Positions 51,788-63,075 of a stretch of DNA of 64,000 bases are shown here, one piece after another. The DNA is from Octopus sinensis (taxonomy: Eukaryota), in NCBI RefSeq assembly GCF_006345805.1, contig NC_042997.1:60388001-60452000 (forward strand), read 5' to 3'. Made by a program: the position numbers and the translations under genes. Every line of letters starts with the position of its first letter. Position 1 is the first letter of the stretch. Under the pieces are notes generated by a model. That model was not told where the DNA came from. It made no database searches and was given only the letters and a program-made list of their open reading frames with translations.

Positions 51788-53538
51788 TGTCACAGGCAGT
51801 TTGAGTTGTTTTTTGTCATGTTAGACGTAAGTCAAATATTTGTTTGATTGATTATTACTGTTCAAATTGTTGCTGGTGTTATTTTGAATTATTTTTTCTC
51901 TCATTGTAGAAAAATGGAGAAAACGCCAGCAGGTGGCCACAGTTATGCGGCTGCAACTGGAAGAGGGATAGACGTGGAAACGCTGGAGGCATGAGAAATA
52001 AAGGTTGAACCTCGAAATATGAAGGAATGCGAGAAGTTACTGGAAAGAGACGGAAATACACTGAACTGACAACCAACGTAATGAAAAAACGGTAATATAT
52101 AAGACAATGAAGATTGAAGAATGTTTAAAAATATAAAAAGTCTAACCACACTTATAACAAGAGGAAGAAAGCATGATACGGTGGAGGTGCGTTTTGCTTC
52201 AGAAGAGGAAGCAATTAAGCACTCTACGGAAGCACTAAGATCCGAAGAATGGGTACTTTTGCCATCGTATTATGGAAAACGTGTGGCCAGGGTGCGAGTT
52301 GGTAAGTTACCCCAGAGCTGAAAAAGCATTGACTGATGACAGCCATAATGTATGACATGAATGAGGAGGCCAAGATACTGAAGGCCACTAGAAGCCAAAG
52401 AGTTAACTACTGGGGATATGGAATAGAGTTAACCTTTCAAGCAACGGTGGAAGACCTAAACAGAATTGTCGAAGAGATAGTGCTGTCCGATTGAGAGTGG
52501 TGGTGGAAGGCAAGCCGCCTATATGTTATACATGTGGGGAAAAGGGGCCACATGAAGGTGATGTTCCCCCAGAGGGAACAACAGATAGAGCAGACGGAGA
52601 GGCAAGAGAGCACGGACCAGTTGGTACAGATCGAGATAAAGGAGAAAGCAACGGAGGAGGGGTTCACGGTTTTAAAAAACGAGAGGGAACTGGGAGAGTG
52701 AGCTCTCAGCCAGAGCGGCAGAAAAAGAAGAAAGAAGAGCTGGAAAAGGAGGAAACCAGAAGGAAGGAAGACGAAATGGTGGTGAGAAAAATGAGCGAAA
52801 AGGAACCTGAAGAAGTTTTCAAGAAGGTGTTGCATAAGGAGGAGACATTAGTGAGGACACCGGTTGTTCCAATTGAGGGGGAAAGTGTGGAAATGCAACT
52901 GGAGAGTCTGCTCAGGGAGGTGGAAGAAAGAAAGAAGGTACCAGGAGCGGAGTAGGAAAGGAGAAAACAAATAAGAAAAGGAAAATTTCGATGGGATTTT
53001 GTGACGTACACAAAAAGCAAAGAAACTGAAAAGAAAGAATTAAAGCTTAAACATATTATAAGAGTAAAGTTGCCCACGGAAGTGTAATCCGAGAATGTGA
53101 AGGCCATCGTGGTTGACAAGGATACGTACAGCAGACTAAAAGTCATATGCGGAGAAGGGATTGACCCGCCAGGTGTGATGGACGAGTTCGATGAATTGCC
53201 ACCAGTAGTGGAGCTAAAAGATGTTGAACCTTTCGTGAGATATAAAAAGTTTAAAAAAGTAAAATTGTTTTTTGATTGAAGAAAGAAGGGAAAAGGCAAA
53301 ATTGCTTCATTTAAAAAAAAAAGGAAAAACGAGAAAAAACAATAAGATAATAGAACGATTGTAAATAGTTTATATAAACGTTCAAATGGTACTGCATGGT
53401 AATGGGGCTCATGCAGCCATTTCATTTTTCATTCGTTTTATGTTTTTTGTCCCCAGCGTTTTATGTTTTTTGTCCCCAGCGTGGTGTTTTTGTAGTATCC
53501 CCTCTGTTTTGTAGCCGTAGTGCCAAAATAAAGAAACA
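51788..53538 (+). mobile_element. ORF1-only L1/Tx1-like element, copy 2 (diverged paralogue)
   Basis: ATG 51914 MEKTPAGGHSYAAATG; HDTVEVRFASEEEA..LLPSYYGKRVARVRV; RVVVEGKPPICYTCGEKGHMK; stop at 53279; AATAAA 53527-32. No ORF2. Confidence 0.7.
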
Positions 53539-53562
53539 TTGGCGGTGTTTTGCGCTCTCTGA

Positions 53563-53589
53563 GTCTTCTTCTTCTTCTTCTTCTTCTTC

Positions 53590-53642
<53 letters not shown>

Positions 53643-53643
53643 G
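53563..53643. repeat. (TTC)n(TAT)n microsatellite
   Basis: Direct reading. Confidence 0.95.
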
Positions 53644-54879
53644 TTAGAGGAGAAAGGTTGGGACAGCTGAAACGATTTAGTGTGATTCTTTCCGGCTCAC
53701 ACACCAATACAACATTTGTGCATATAGAAGTCTGAGATATTTGCACATATAGAAGCTGCACTGTTCCATAGATATGAGATGTACTCTAATATGAAAAGCT
53801 CCTTAGTGTCAAAAAGATTAAGTAAAGCTGAAACATCAACTCAGTCTAGAAAGGATCTCTTCGTGAAGTATTGCGATTCTGAAGCCTAAAGGTTATAGCG
53901 CCTACTTTTACTCTAAGTGGATCTTAGAAGAGCAGAAAAGAAAAGTAGTTGCCCGTTTGTGTTACTGCATTGTATTCTTGATAAAGATATGTAGCTTTTA
54001 ATAATTCGTTTTACTTTGCTCTAGATGAATGTCACATAGCAGTAGACATAGCTGACAGTCAGGCTCCGTATAAATGCGCATTTAATAAGCCATCAGTGCT
54101 AAATCTGTATCGTTCCCATCGCCATTGGACTGGGATTTCTGTCAATGGTAACAAAATTCCAAAGTATGGCAGTCGTCATCTACTGCACAGAATAGAGAGA
54201 TACAGAAGATCGAATCGGTAAAATACTGGACAGCCGAACACTGAACTCTATGCAAAAAGAAAATTTTATTTAAGATAATATTTAATACTTAATTTTAAAT
54301 ACATGATGCCTGGATGAAAGGGAAGGAGAGATCATTAGTATAATACATTTGAATATAACGGTCTGTTTGATATGGGCTGACCTGGGCTTAACAACAATCA
54401 AAGAGATTGGTCTATAGAGTACTTTCAATAGATATGAAGTACAACAGGCAGGGGTCGACTTGAAAAAGTTGACTCCACTGATCTCACCGCTATTAGAGGA
54501 ATTGCAAAGTTTGAAGCCCTCAGATGAACTATGAGAATGATGAGCACAGATTAGAGAGAGATTGTTAAAACTATGAACACATCTTCCAGAGGGACTATGA
54601 AAGCCATCAAAACAATTCTCAGGGGGGATTGTGAAAACCATGAACACGAGCTTTTCTTGAGACCAAACCATTAAAAAGATCAATAATAGCAGAACTCGCT
54701 GTAATTGGACCAACAACAAAAAAAAGAGTTGCTAAGTCGGCATCAAAAGTCTATCAACTAGCAACAAGTTTATCAACTGGAAAAGGGGTTCTTTAAATGC
54801 TTAGGATCTTCATTCGAATCTGTGGAAGTCAGACTCCAATAACTCGGACTTCTTAAAAACCACAACGACCACGCCCACA

Positions 54880-54982
54880 AAGAAGAAGAAGAAGAAGAAG
54901 AAGAAGAAAAGAAGAAGAAGAAGAAGAAGAAGAAGAAGAAGAAGAAGAAGAAGAAGAAGAAGAAGAAGAAGAGAAGAAGAAG

Positions 54983-55013
<31 letters not shown>

Positions 55014-55030
55014 GCAGCAGCAGCAGCAGC
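54880..55030. repeat. (AAG)n(AAC)n(AGC)n microsatellite
   Basis: Direct reading. Confidence 0.95.
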
Positions 55031-55701
55031 AATCCCACATCACCAGTTCTGCTTACCAAAAGTGGCCCACTTGGCACTGTGCAACAACAGCGGTCATGAA
55101 TCTCTCTTAAGATCAGAACTCTCTTAAGACACGTTAACAACGTAACTTTCATATTTGTCTATACTGTTTCCTTCTTTACTATACAACTAAAAAGATAATA
55201 TTGTCATAATAAGTTTTCTGAATTAGGTTAGGCTTGAGTCTCAACAACAACGTCTTTCTTCTTTTCTATACAATGTTCTCTCTGTGCACTCCCTCTTTAT
55301 TTCCTATCAAAAACAACCAGAGTAAATGAGCTTCAGACACATGAAATTCATATAACATAACATAACAATAAAATTTAACACAAATTAACGAATGATCCCT
55401 TTCGTGGCATTCTGACCTGCTAGACTGCTAAAAAAAGCAGCTAAAATCAATTTAAATCTCAATAACAATAACAAATAGAGTGCGTATTGAGTACATTAAC
55501 CTGCATACATTATCTGGAAATAAGGTGAAGTGATCATGGCAAGAATGTCTTCAACATAGGTCAACTTGATCAGAGATGACCTGGAGTTAAATGATAAAGA
55601 TATAGTGCGATATATTTTTTAACTAAATAATATAAAGTAATATAAAATGTTTAAAAATTGTAATAAAGCGGGAGCGTTAGCAACATGATAAATTCAGAAA
55701 T

Positions 55702-55702
<1 letters not shown>

Positions 55703-55769
<67 letters not shown>

Positions 55770-55880
55770 GTTCTCTCTCTCTCTCGTTCTCTCTCTCTCT
55801 CTCGTTCTCTCTCTCTCTCTCTCTCGTTCTCTCGTTCTCTCTCTCTTTCTCTCCCCCCCTCTCTCTCTCTCTCTCTCTCT
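55703..55880. repeat. (CT)n microsatellite with cgtt interruptions
   Basis: Direct reading. Confidence 0.95.
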
Positions 55881-56270
55881 GTTGATTTCAAATTTGGCAC
55901 ATGGCCAGCAAGTTCGGGGAACGAGGTAAATCGATTACATCGATCCCAATGTTCAACTGGTACTTATTTTATCGATCTCGAAAGGATGAAAGGCAAAATC
56001 GACTTCGGCGGAATTTGAACTCAGAACACGAAGATGGACAAAATACCTATTTCTTTACTACCCACAAGGGGCTAAACACAGAGCGGACAAACAAACGGAT
56101 TAAGTCGATTAGATCGAACCCAGTGCGTAACTGGTACTTAATTTATCGACCCCGAAAGGATGAAAGGCAAAGTCGACCTCGGCGAAAATTGAACTCAGAA
56201 CGTAACGGCAGACGAAATACGGCTACGCATTTTGCCCGGTGTGCTAACGATTCTGCCAGCTCGTTGCCTT
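55881..56270 (-). mobile_element. SINE family B dimer (two bodies in tandem)
   Basis: Junction at 56047/56048; the minus strand reads ...gtaaagaaata|ggtattttgtcc.... Confidence 0.85.
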
Positions 56271-56796
56271 TCTTTGTTCTGTAATATTGTTTTCTTCTAC
56301 ATTATTCAGTTATTTAATTAGTCCTTCTATAAAGCTCAGTATCAGTTTGATTCAACTCGCCTAATTTCAATATAGTTAGCCTATATAGCTAGTTAGAGCT
56401 TACATCATCTTCACGAAACTTTGCTTATAAAACCAAAGAGGACTTTTAGAATTCGTACATTGAGTCACGTTCATGTGCCGTGAAGAAAGTGAATTTGTTA
56501 CTTTGAGTAGGACAACGCAAAATATCACTAGTTTCTTTTGAGTTTAATTTCTTTCTCTTTTTTTTTTTATTTGCTACATTCGTCTCTTGTATTACCAGTC
56601 CTAAGTTATTCCATCTGTATGACTTATCTACAAAAGGCAATTTAATTTCTTTTACAGAAATTCTCAATAAAAGAAATTTTACTTTCGCTTTCAGCGATAA
56701 ATTTACAGAGTTGTCTTTCTTATATATTTCGTCAACAAGTTACCTCCCTTACAAAACAAACCCTAACGCAAGCCAAAAGACCAACCCATTCATTAC

Positions 56797-56848
<52 letters not shown>

Positions 56849-56889
56849 TTATTATTATTGTTGTTGTTGTTGTTGATATTATTTTTCAA

Positions 56890-56990
56890 GCCCGATAAAA
56901 TAAGTACCAGTGAAACACTGGGGTCGATATAATCGACTGGTCCCTTCCCCCAAAATTTCCGGCCTTGTGCCTATAGTATAAAGGATTATT
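56890..56990 (+). mobile_element. SINE family B variant 3' fragment
   Basis: cgataaaataagtaccagtg..ggggtcgatataatcgact..ccttgtgcc. Confidence 0.7.
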
Positions 56991-57487
56991 ATTATTCTCT
57001 TAGAAGGGCAGTGCTCATAGGCCTTTAAAGAGCATTCGAGACTTGAAGGTGAAGGAGGGGGAGGTAGCCTAAAATTATGACCTGACCCAAATACTTTCTC
57101 TAGAGTGTACTTCACTAAAGGCATTCAAAGATCAGGTTCCGGTGTTATACTGGGTGATGGATTAAGTTTACAGCTGATCGATCTACGAAAAATAACAGCC
57201 AAATTTCCCTCACATTCCAAGGACATCATGTATTAAGTTGTTCCAAGTATACTATGTCAACGAAAAGACAGGATGGTCATTATAGGGACGTCTTTGATCA
57301 TATATCTACTTGCTCAGTGTGCTTGATCACACATCTATAGAAGATTTGGGCATGGTTACTAAAGCATATGACAAAATATATCTCGCCATACTTGCCACAG
57401 TAATGACAGAAGAATTTCTATCTAAATATACGATGATTCCACTGAATGGTGTAGAAAACTATGATCTTTAGTTTTCTACACCATTCA

Positions 57488-57860
57488 GCGGTATTTCGTC
57501 TGCTGCTACGTTCTGAGTTCAAATTCCGCTGAGGTCAACTTTGCCTTTAATCCTTTCGGGGTCGATTAAATAAGTACCAGTTACGCGCTGGGGTCGATAT
57601 AATCGACTTAATCCGTTTGTCTGTCCTTGTTTGTCCTCTCTGTGTTTAGCACCTTGTGGGTAGTAAAGAAAAAAGTATTTCGTCAGCCGTTACGTTCTGA
57701 GTTCAAATTCCGCTGAGGTCGACTTTGCCTTTCATCTTTTCGGAGTCGATTAAATAAGTACCAGTTACGCACTGGGGTTGATGTAATCGACGTAATCCCT
57801 TTGACAGTCCTTGTTTGTCCTTTCTATGTTTAGCCCCCAATGGGCAATAAACAAATAAAT
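57488..57860 (+). mobile_element. Two headless SINE family B bodies in tandem (a third decayed copy at 57957-58130)
   Basis: Both units start at (g)gtatttcgtc and end at gggtagtaaaga / gggcaataaa. Confidence 0.85.
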
Positions 57861-59129
57861 ATTTTTCATTACTAATCAGTGTTTTCAGTGTAATTCATCT
57901 TTATTATAATCTGAACAGATACAGTTTATAAAATATGTTGATATTTGTTCTTAGAAAAGCGGTATTTCGTCCGTCTTAACATTCTGAGTTCAAATTCCTC
58001 CGCGGTCGAATTTGCGTTCCATCCTCTCGGAATCGGAAAAATGAGCAACAGTTGCACACTGAGGTCGGTGTAATCGATTTAAACTCTTCCCGAAATTGTT
58101 GGCCCTGTGCCAAAATTTGAAATTCTTATTTGTTCTTTGTAAAGTAATATCATGCCAACCATCAAATTTCCTAAAATTCTAATATTTTTTCCTTTTTCTT
58201 TGCTAAATAAAGTTCAATAAATGTAATTATCTATTCCAAATTATTTTAGGTCAATGACTTTGTTATCAAAAGTCAGTGTAACCGTTCTCAATGAATACCT
58301 GTTATGCAATGTAATTTGAATAACATCTTTAGCGAAACATGCAGAATTATCTTTCTTATATTTTTCGTAATAAAGTTACCGCCCTTAGCAACGTGTGACC
58401 ATAAAAACACAATAGAATTAGTATCGATTTGTTAAAATACTAGGAGTGATTAAAATTGTTGAAACTTGTCGACAACATATACACATTTGTAGCGTTGACT
58501 AAATCCACGGGAGGTCTTTCTCTTGATAAAAAGAAAACTTAGTCTGTATGGAAGGAAAATCTAGATGCGAATGCAATTTATAAAATAACGAATTGTAAAA
58601 CAAATCTTACGTAAAATTATATTTACATAAAGTTAGAAAAGTAATTTCTAAATCAGCCAAGACCGCATTCCAATGAATTGGCTTTGTCTTTCGGTCAACA
58701 ATCTCGCCCCCAACCCTGCTCCCCGGCTCTAAACACTTGCTAATTTTCTTACTAGTCACAATTCTCTAGAAAACTGTATACATATCTGACTAGCATTACA
58801 AATTCTAGTCTGAGTTTCAAAAAACCACGACCATCTGACTGAGGAGTACATTTCTTCTATTCAAGACACTACAACCACAGACCATTGACGCGCTCTCTCC
58901 TCGGTCTTTAGAGCCGATGTAATCGATCAATCCTTCCCCTTAAAATTATTGGCTTTATGCCTAAATTAGCAACAATTAATTACTACAATGGTTCCTGCAT
59001 TCTCATTCAGCAAAACTGTGCACTACTTCCAGCCAAACCCAGTCAATTTATCCGCCATTCGTCCTCTCATCATCACTGTGTATCTTAATCACAGATCTTC
59101 AAAAGATCCTCAATACTTCCTTCTCAGAC

Positions 59130-59630
59130 TACGGGGGAGGGCTGAAAAGTTCCTGACTTTGGGTAAAATAAAATGCAGGTGGATCAGTTAATTATGATTT
59201 TAATGAACATATTCCCCTCTCAGGTTCACACACTTATTGCAGCGGTCTTTCAGCTTTTTCTAAGCCCTATAAAAAGAACTCGGAAGATTGGATCTCCAGC
59301 CTGACCTCAGTAACAGCAATCACTTCCGAATCGGAGTGAAATTTTGTTCCTTTCTTCAGTTGTGGAAAGAGATGGTAGTCAGAGACGCCCAAGTCAGAAG
59401 AGTAAGGTGGGTGGTTTATCAATTCGGAGCCAAAGTCGCATATTTTCCGTAGAGTTTCATGTGTTGTGTGCTGGTGCATTGCCCTGCAAAAAAAAAAAAA
59501 AAAGATACCATGGCTCAACTTACCACGGTGTTTATGCTTCAAAGCTTCACGCAGTTCATCCAACAGAGATATGTAGTATCCAGCGCTGATGGTACGATCG
59601 TCATTGGAATTTCAACAATATCAGCTGGGT
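59130..59630 (-). mobile_element. Mariner transposon 3' remnant with terminal inverted repeat
   Basis: TISAGYYISLLDELREALKHKHRGKLSHGI and HPPYSSDLGVSDYHLFPQLKK (mariner HPPYSPDLAPSDY). TIR tacgggggagggctgaaaagttcctgacttt at 59130-60. Confidence 0.9.
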
Positions 59631-59651
59631 ATTTTTGCTTGTTTGTTTATT

Positions 59652-59995
59652 TGTATGTATGTATGTATGTATGTATGTATGTATGTATGTATGTATGTAT
59701 GTATGTATGTATGTATGTATGTATGTATGTATGTATGTATGCATGTATGTATGTATTAATGTATATATGTATGCATGTATGTATGTATGTATGTATGCAT
59801 GCATGCATGTATGTATGTATGTATGTATGTATGTATGTATGTATGTATGTATGTATGTATGTATCAATGTATGTATGAATGTATGTATGTATTAATGTAT
59901 ATATGTATGCATGTATGTATGTATGTATGTATGTATGTATGCATGCATGCATGTATGTATGTATGTATGTATGTATGTATGTATGTATGTATGTA
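59652..59995. repeat. (TATG)n microsatellite with internal block duplication
   Basis: Direct reading; the variant block tattaatgtatatatgtatgcatg..gcatgcatgcatg occurs twice. Confidence 0.95.
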
Positions 59996-60064
59996 GATTT
60001 GTATGTCTTGTTTTATGTATGTATCCTTATGCATATAGTTGCATGCCTAGACATGCTCATTTAT

Positions 60065-60560
60065 ACTTAAATGATAAACTTCTGGAAAGTTTTACAGATT
60101 TTTACAGTTCCATTGATGGCTTGGATATGTAATCTTCAAATCGGCTTCTTTCTTTCAGGTTTTGGGAAGTCTAATTTCCCAAGATTGATACTTAGTTTGT
60201 GTGTTCCCCAATAATAATAGGTATATACCTGAACTTGAAATCTGGGTAGAGTAACTGTATATTTCTCAATAATTCAGTATAGGTATTTTCTTTAGCTTTA
60301 TGTTAACATCTGCTGGGCAGCTGATTTCCACAACAATACACATTTTCTCTTTTCTCTCCCAAATCACTATATCAGGTCTTTTATGTTTACATTTTATTGA
60401 GGCTTTCACTGGAACATTCCACCAGTACTTTTTCTTATTATGAGTGGCTATGGCTTCTACACTGCAGTGGGTCCTTATTTCTTTGGCCTTTAGGTTACCT
60501 TTCCGGTGGATCTCATTATACAGTGTGTGTCCTCGGTGTGACTATTAACTGATCTGTCCC
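60065..60560 (-). mobile_element. R4/Dong-clade retrotransposon, restriction-like endonuclease (RLE) domain and ORF end
   Basis: TLYNEI..KYWWNVPVKASIKCKHKRPDIVIWERKEKMCIVVEISCPADVNI, ending in GTVKICKTF. Sequence to about 60778 may belong to it and abuts (TAA)n. Confidence 0.8.
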
Positions 60561-60776
60561 AGCTGTAGGTTCATCAGCATGTCACAGAATTGCCTCCGGA
60601 AGAACGTCACTTAACATAGATTATCAAGGTAAAACAATAGTTTTTCTGTGAGTTACAGCAGTTGTATTTACCAGATGCCTTTGCTAAGCCGGAATAATGT
60701 CTTCGCAACTTGACCCTTCTAACCTCTTCTAGGCCACCAAAAGCTAGAATAGAGATAACAGACCTCCAACGAAATC

Positions 60777-60817
<41 letters not shown>

Positions 60818-60896
60818 TATTATTATTATTATATCAGACTATGGATAATTAAATTATTATAGTCCACTCTGCAGTGTTGTGCCATTCAAGACACGT

Positions 60897-60954
<58 letters not shown>

Positions 60955-61039
60955 TCACACAGAGAAAGCTTACTTGGAAGAGGATGGGTGGCGTTCAATC
61001 ATATAATAATATAAATAATATAAATATATATATATATAT

Positions 61040-62160
61040 GAAAATACAAAATGGGACAAGAACGCAAAACATTCAAATAGACGATACAAAAAACGGACGG
61101 GTCATTCGAAGTCTCCAATCTTCAGTCAAGAACCGGATCATCCTCGTAGTTTCGGCTTTCGATAAAACGGTTGCTCCCGCAAATTAAATTAAACAAAATT
61201 TGGGATTTTGCGGAGGTTCAAAATAGATAACACAAACAATATAGTGAAAACAAACAAAAAGGGCTGCTAAACGTAAATGAGGTTGTGGTGTGAACGCATA
61301 AATCAAGCCAGGACAGGAGACAAACAAGAACACGTCTTCCTTGTTCCAACTACAATGGAGAGACAGAAAGAAAGATGGCCGATGGTCACGTGGGAGCCAC
61401 GTGAGCAAGAGAGGAGGAATGAGGGAGAGAGGGTGACAGAGTAATAGGATAGGATAGTAGGAGAAGAATAAGAGGTAAAAGAATAAGAGAGAGAAAAATA
61501 AAAGAGTAAAAAGATCGTATAGAGTACATACTTACGATTACACCTATATATATATGCATATGTGGGCACAGGACGTCATGAAACGTGTACAACAAAAAAG
61601 CACGAAGAACGAGTATATGGAACATGAACTATTCAAGCTTGGACAGGAAATAAACAAGAACATCTCTTCCTTGTTCCAGCTACAACGGAGAGAAAGAAAG
61701 GGCTCCTACGTGACCATTGGCCATCTTTCTTTCTCTCCGTTGTAGTTGGAACAAAGAAGACGTGTTCTTGTTTGTCTCCTGTCCAAGCTGGATTTACGCG
61801 TTCCCCACCACAACTTCGTTTAGGCTTAGCAGTTCTTCCTGTTTGTTTTCACTGTCCTGTTTGTGTTACCTATTTTGACCTCCGCAAAATCCCAACTTTT
61901 ATTTAATTTGCTTTGCGGAAGCAACTGTTTTATCGAAAGCGTATATTGTTGTTAAATGCTCGAAATATGAGACTAGAAAAACAGCCAACAACTGACGAAG
62001 TGCTGTTCTTTGTGTTTGTTTTGTTTTCCATTTGTGTCTTTCGTTGTTCGAAAGAATAGTTCATGCTCCATGTACTCGTGCTTCGCACTTTTTTGTTGTA
62101 CACGTTTCATGACTTCCCGTGCCCACATATGCATATATATACGTATAGATGTAAGTATAT
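61040..62160. repeat. Rearranged family E repeat: nested inverted and direct duplications
   Basis: 61155-61398 is the inverted copy of 61701-61940. About 61530-61635 is the inverted copy of about 62055-62160. 61636-61700 is a direct partial duplicate of 61308-61372. Confidence 0.85.
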
Positions 62161-62200
62161 GCATATACGTATGTATATATGCATATTTATTATTTATATA

Positions 62201-62233
<33 letters not shown>

Positions 62234-62274
62234 TGTATGTATGTATGTATGTATGTATGTATGTATGTGTGTGT

Positions 62275-62455
62275 GTCCACCATCGCTTGACAACCGATAC
62301 TAGTGTATTTATGCCCCCGTAACATAGCGGTTCAGTAACATAGACTGATAGAATAAGTATTAAACTTACAAAGAATAAGTCCTGGGGTCGATTTCTTCGA
62401 CTAGTACCCTTTAAGGTGGTGCTCCAGTATGGTCGCAGTTAAATGGCTGAAGCAA
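62275..62455 (+). mobile_element. SINE family A 3' half
   Basis: ccaccatcgcttgacaaccgat..ggtggtgctccagtatggtcgcag. Confidence 0.8.
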
Positions 62456-62754
62456 TACATATATTCATACATGCATGCACGCATGCATGCGTACAACATG
62501 CGCGCGCGTGCACGCACATATCACTAGTCTCCGCAGTTTCCATTTACGAAGTAAACTGTGCGGAGGTCAGTCTGGAGTTATAAGTGGAAGTCAAGGTTCC
62601 GAACAATGGACCTGAACATCAAACTTAATCACACAATCTCGAGCTTCACGCCTTTATTGAATGTATGGGTGACGATACAAGACTTACATTATCTAATGCC
62701 CGTCTCTTTTTAACACAGTTGGTGCGATTTGAGGAAAATTTGTCAACTATATAG

Positions 62755-63075
62755 GCGTAGAAGTGGCTGTGTGGCACCTTGGGCAAGTGTCTTCTACTAT
62801 AGCCTTGGGCCGACCAAAGCCTTGTGAATGGATTTGGTAGACGGAAACTGAAAGCCCATCGTATATATGTATGTGTGTATGTATATGTTTGTGTGTCTGT
62901 GTTTGTACCCCCAACATCGCTTGGCAACCGATGCTGGTGTGTTTACGTCCCCGTAACTTAGCGGTTCGGCCAAAGAAACGATAGAATAAATACTAGGCTT
63001 ACAAATAATAAGTCCTGGGGTCGATTTGCTCGACTAAAGGCTGTGCTTCAGCATGGTCACAGTTACGTGACTGAA
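62755..63075 (+). mobile_element. SINE family A with internal deletion in the head
   Basis: ggcgtagaagtggctgtgtgg joined directly to caccttgggcaagtgtcttctac; the rest matches the family. Confidence 0.85.

Larger units (their letters stand above)
49641..53565 (+). mobile_element. Helentron-associated non-autonomous element (HINE/DINE-1-like), split by two insertions
   Basis: 5' hairpin tacctccacctt-atca-aaggtggaggta (49645-72), (TGTT)n and an internal palindrome. The 3' end reconstructs as gaggacgttggtgttgccttggcggaggtttgcgctctctgagt from 49946-65, 51757-87 and 53539-65. Confidence 0.75.

Noticed and set aside
50842-53425. Long hydrophobic F/L/S-rich minus-strand ORFs
   Set aside because: Antisense shadows of the purine-rich K/E/R linker of the ORF1-like elements.
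54282-54719. 145 aa minus-strand ORF
   Set aside because: No recognisable motif or clear splice context. It may be the shadow of a decayed TE and is not supportable as a CDS.
59459-60132. Multiple MYVC/HTYI-repeat ORFs (also at 6814-7071, 15421-15801, 41093-41667, 46294-46579)
   Set aside because: Microsatellite translations.
60065-60835. Dong-type (TAA)n target specificity of the RLE fragment
   Set aside because: (TAA)n is present only on the 5' side, the 3' side abuts other sequence, and such repeats are common here.
61090-61156. Minus-strand GAAA...CTGAAGA...GAAT motif
   Set aside because: I could not build a consistent three-stem fold in any hammerhead topology.
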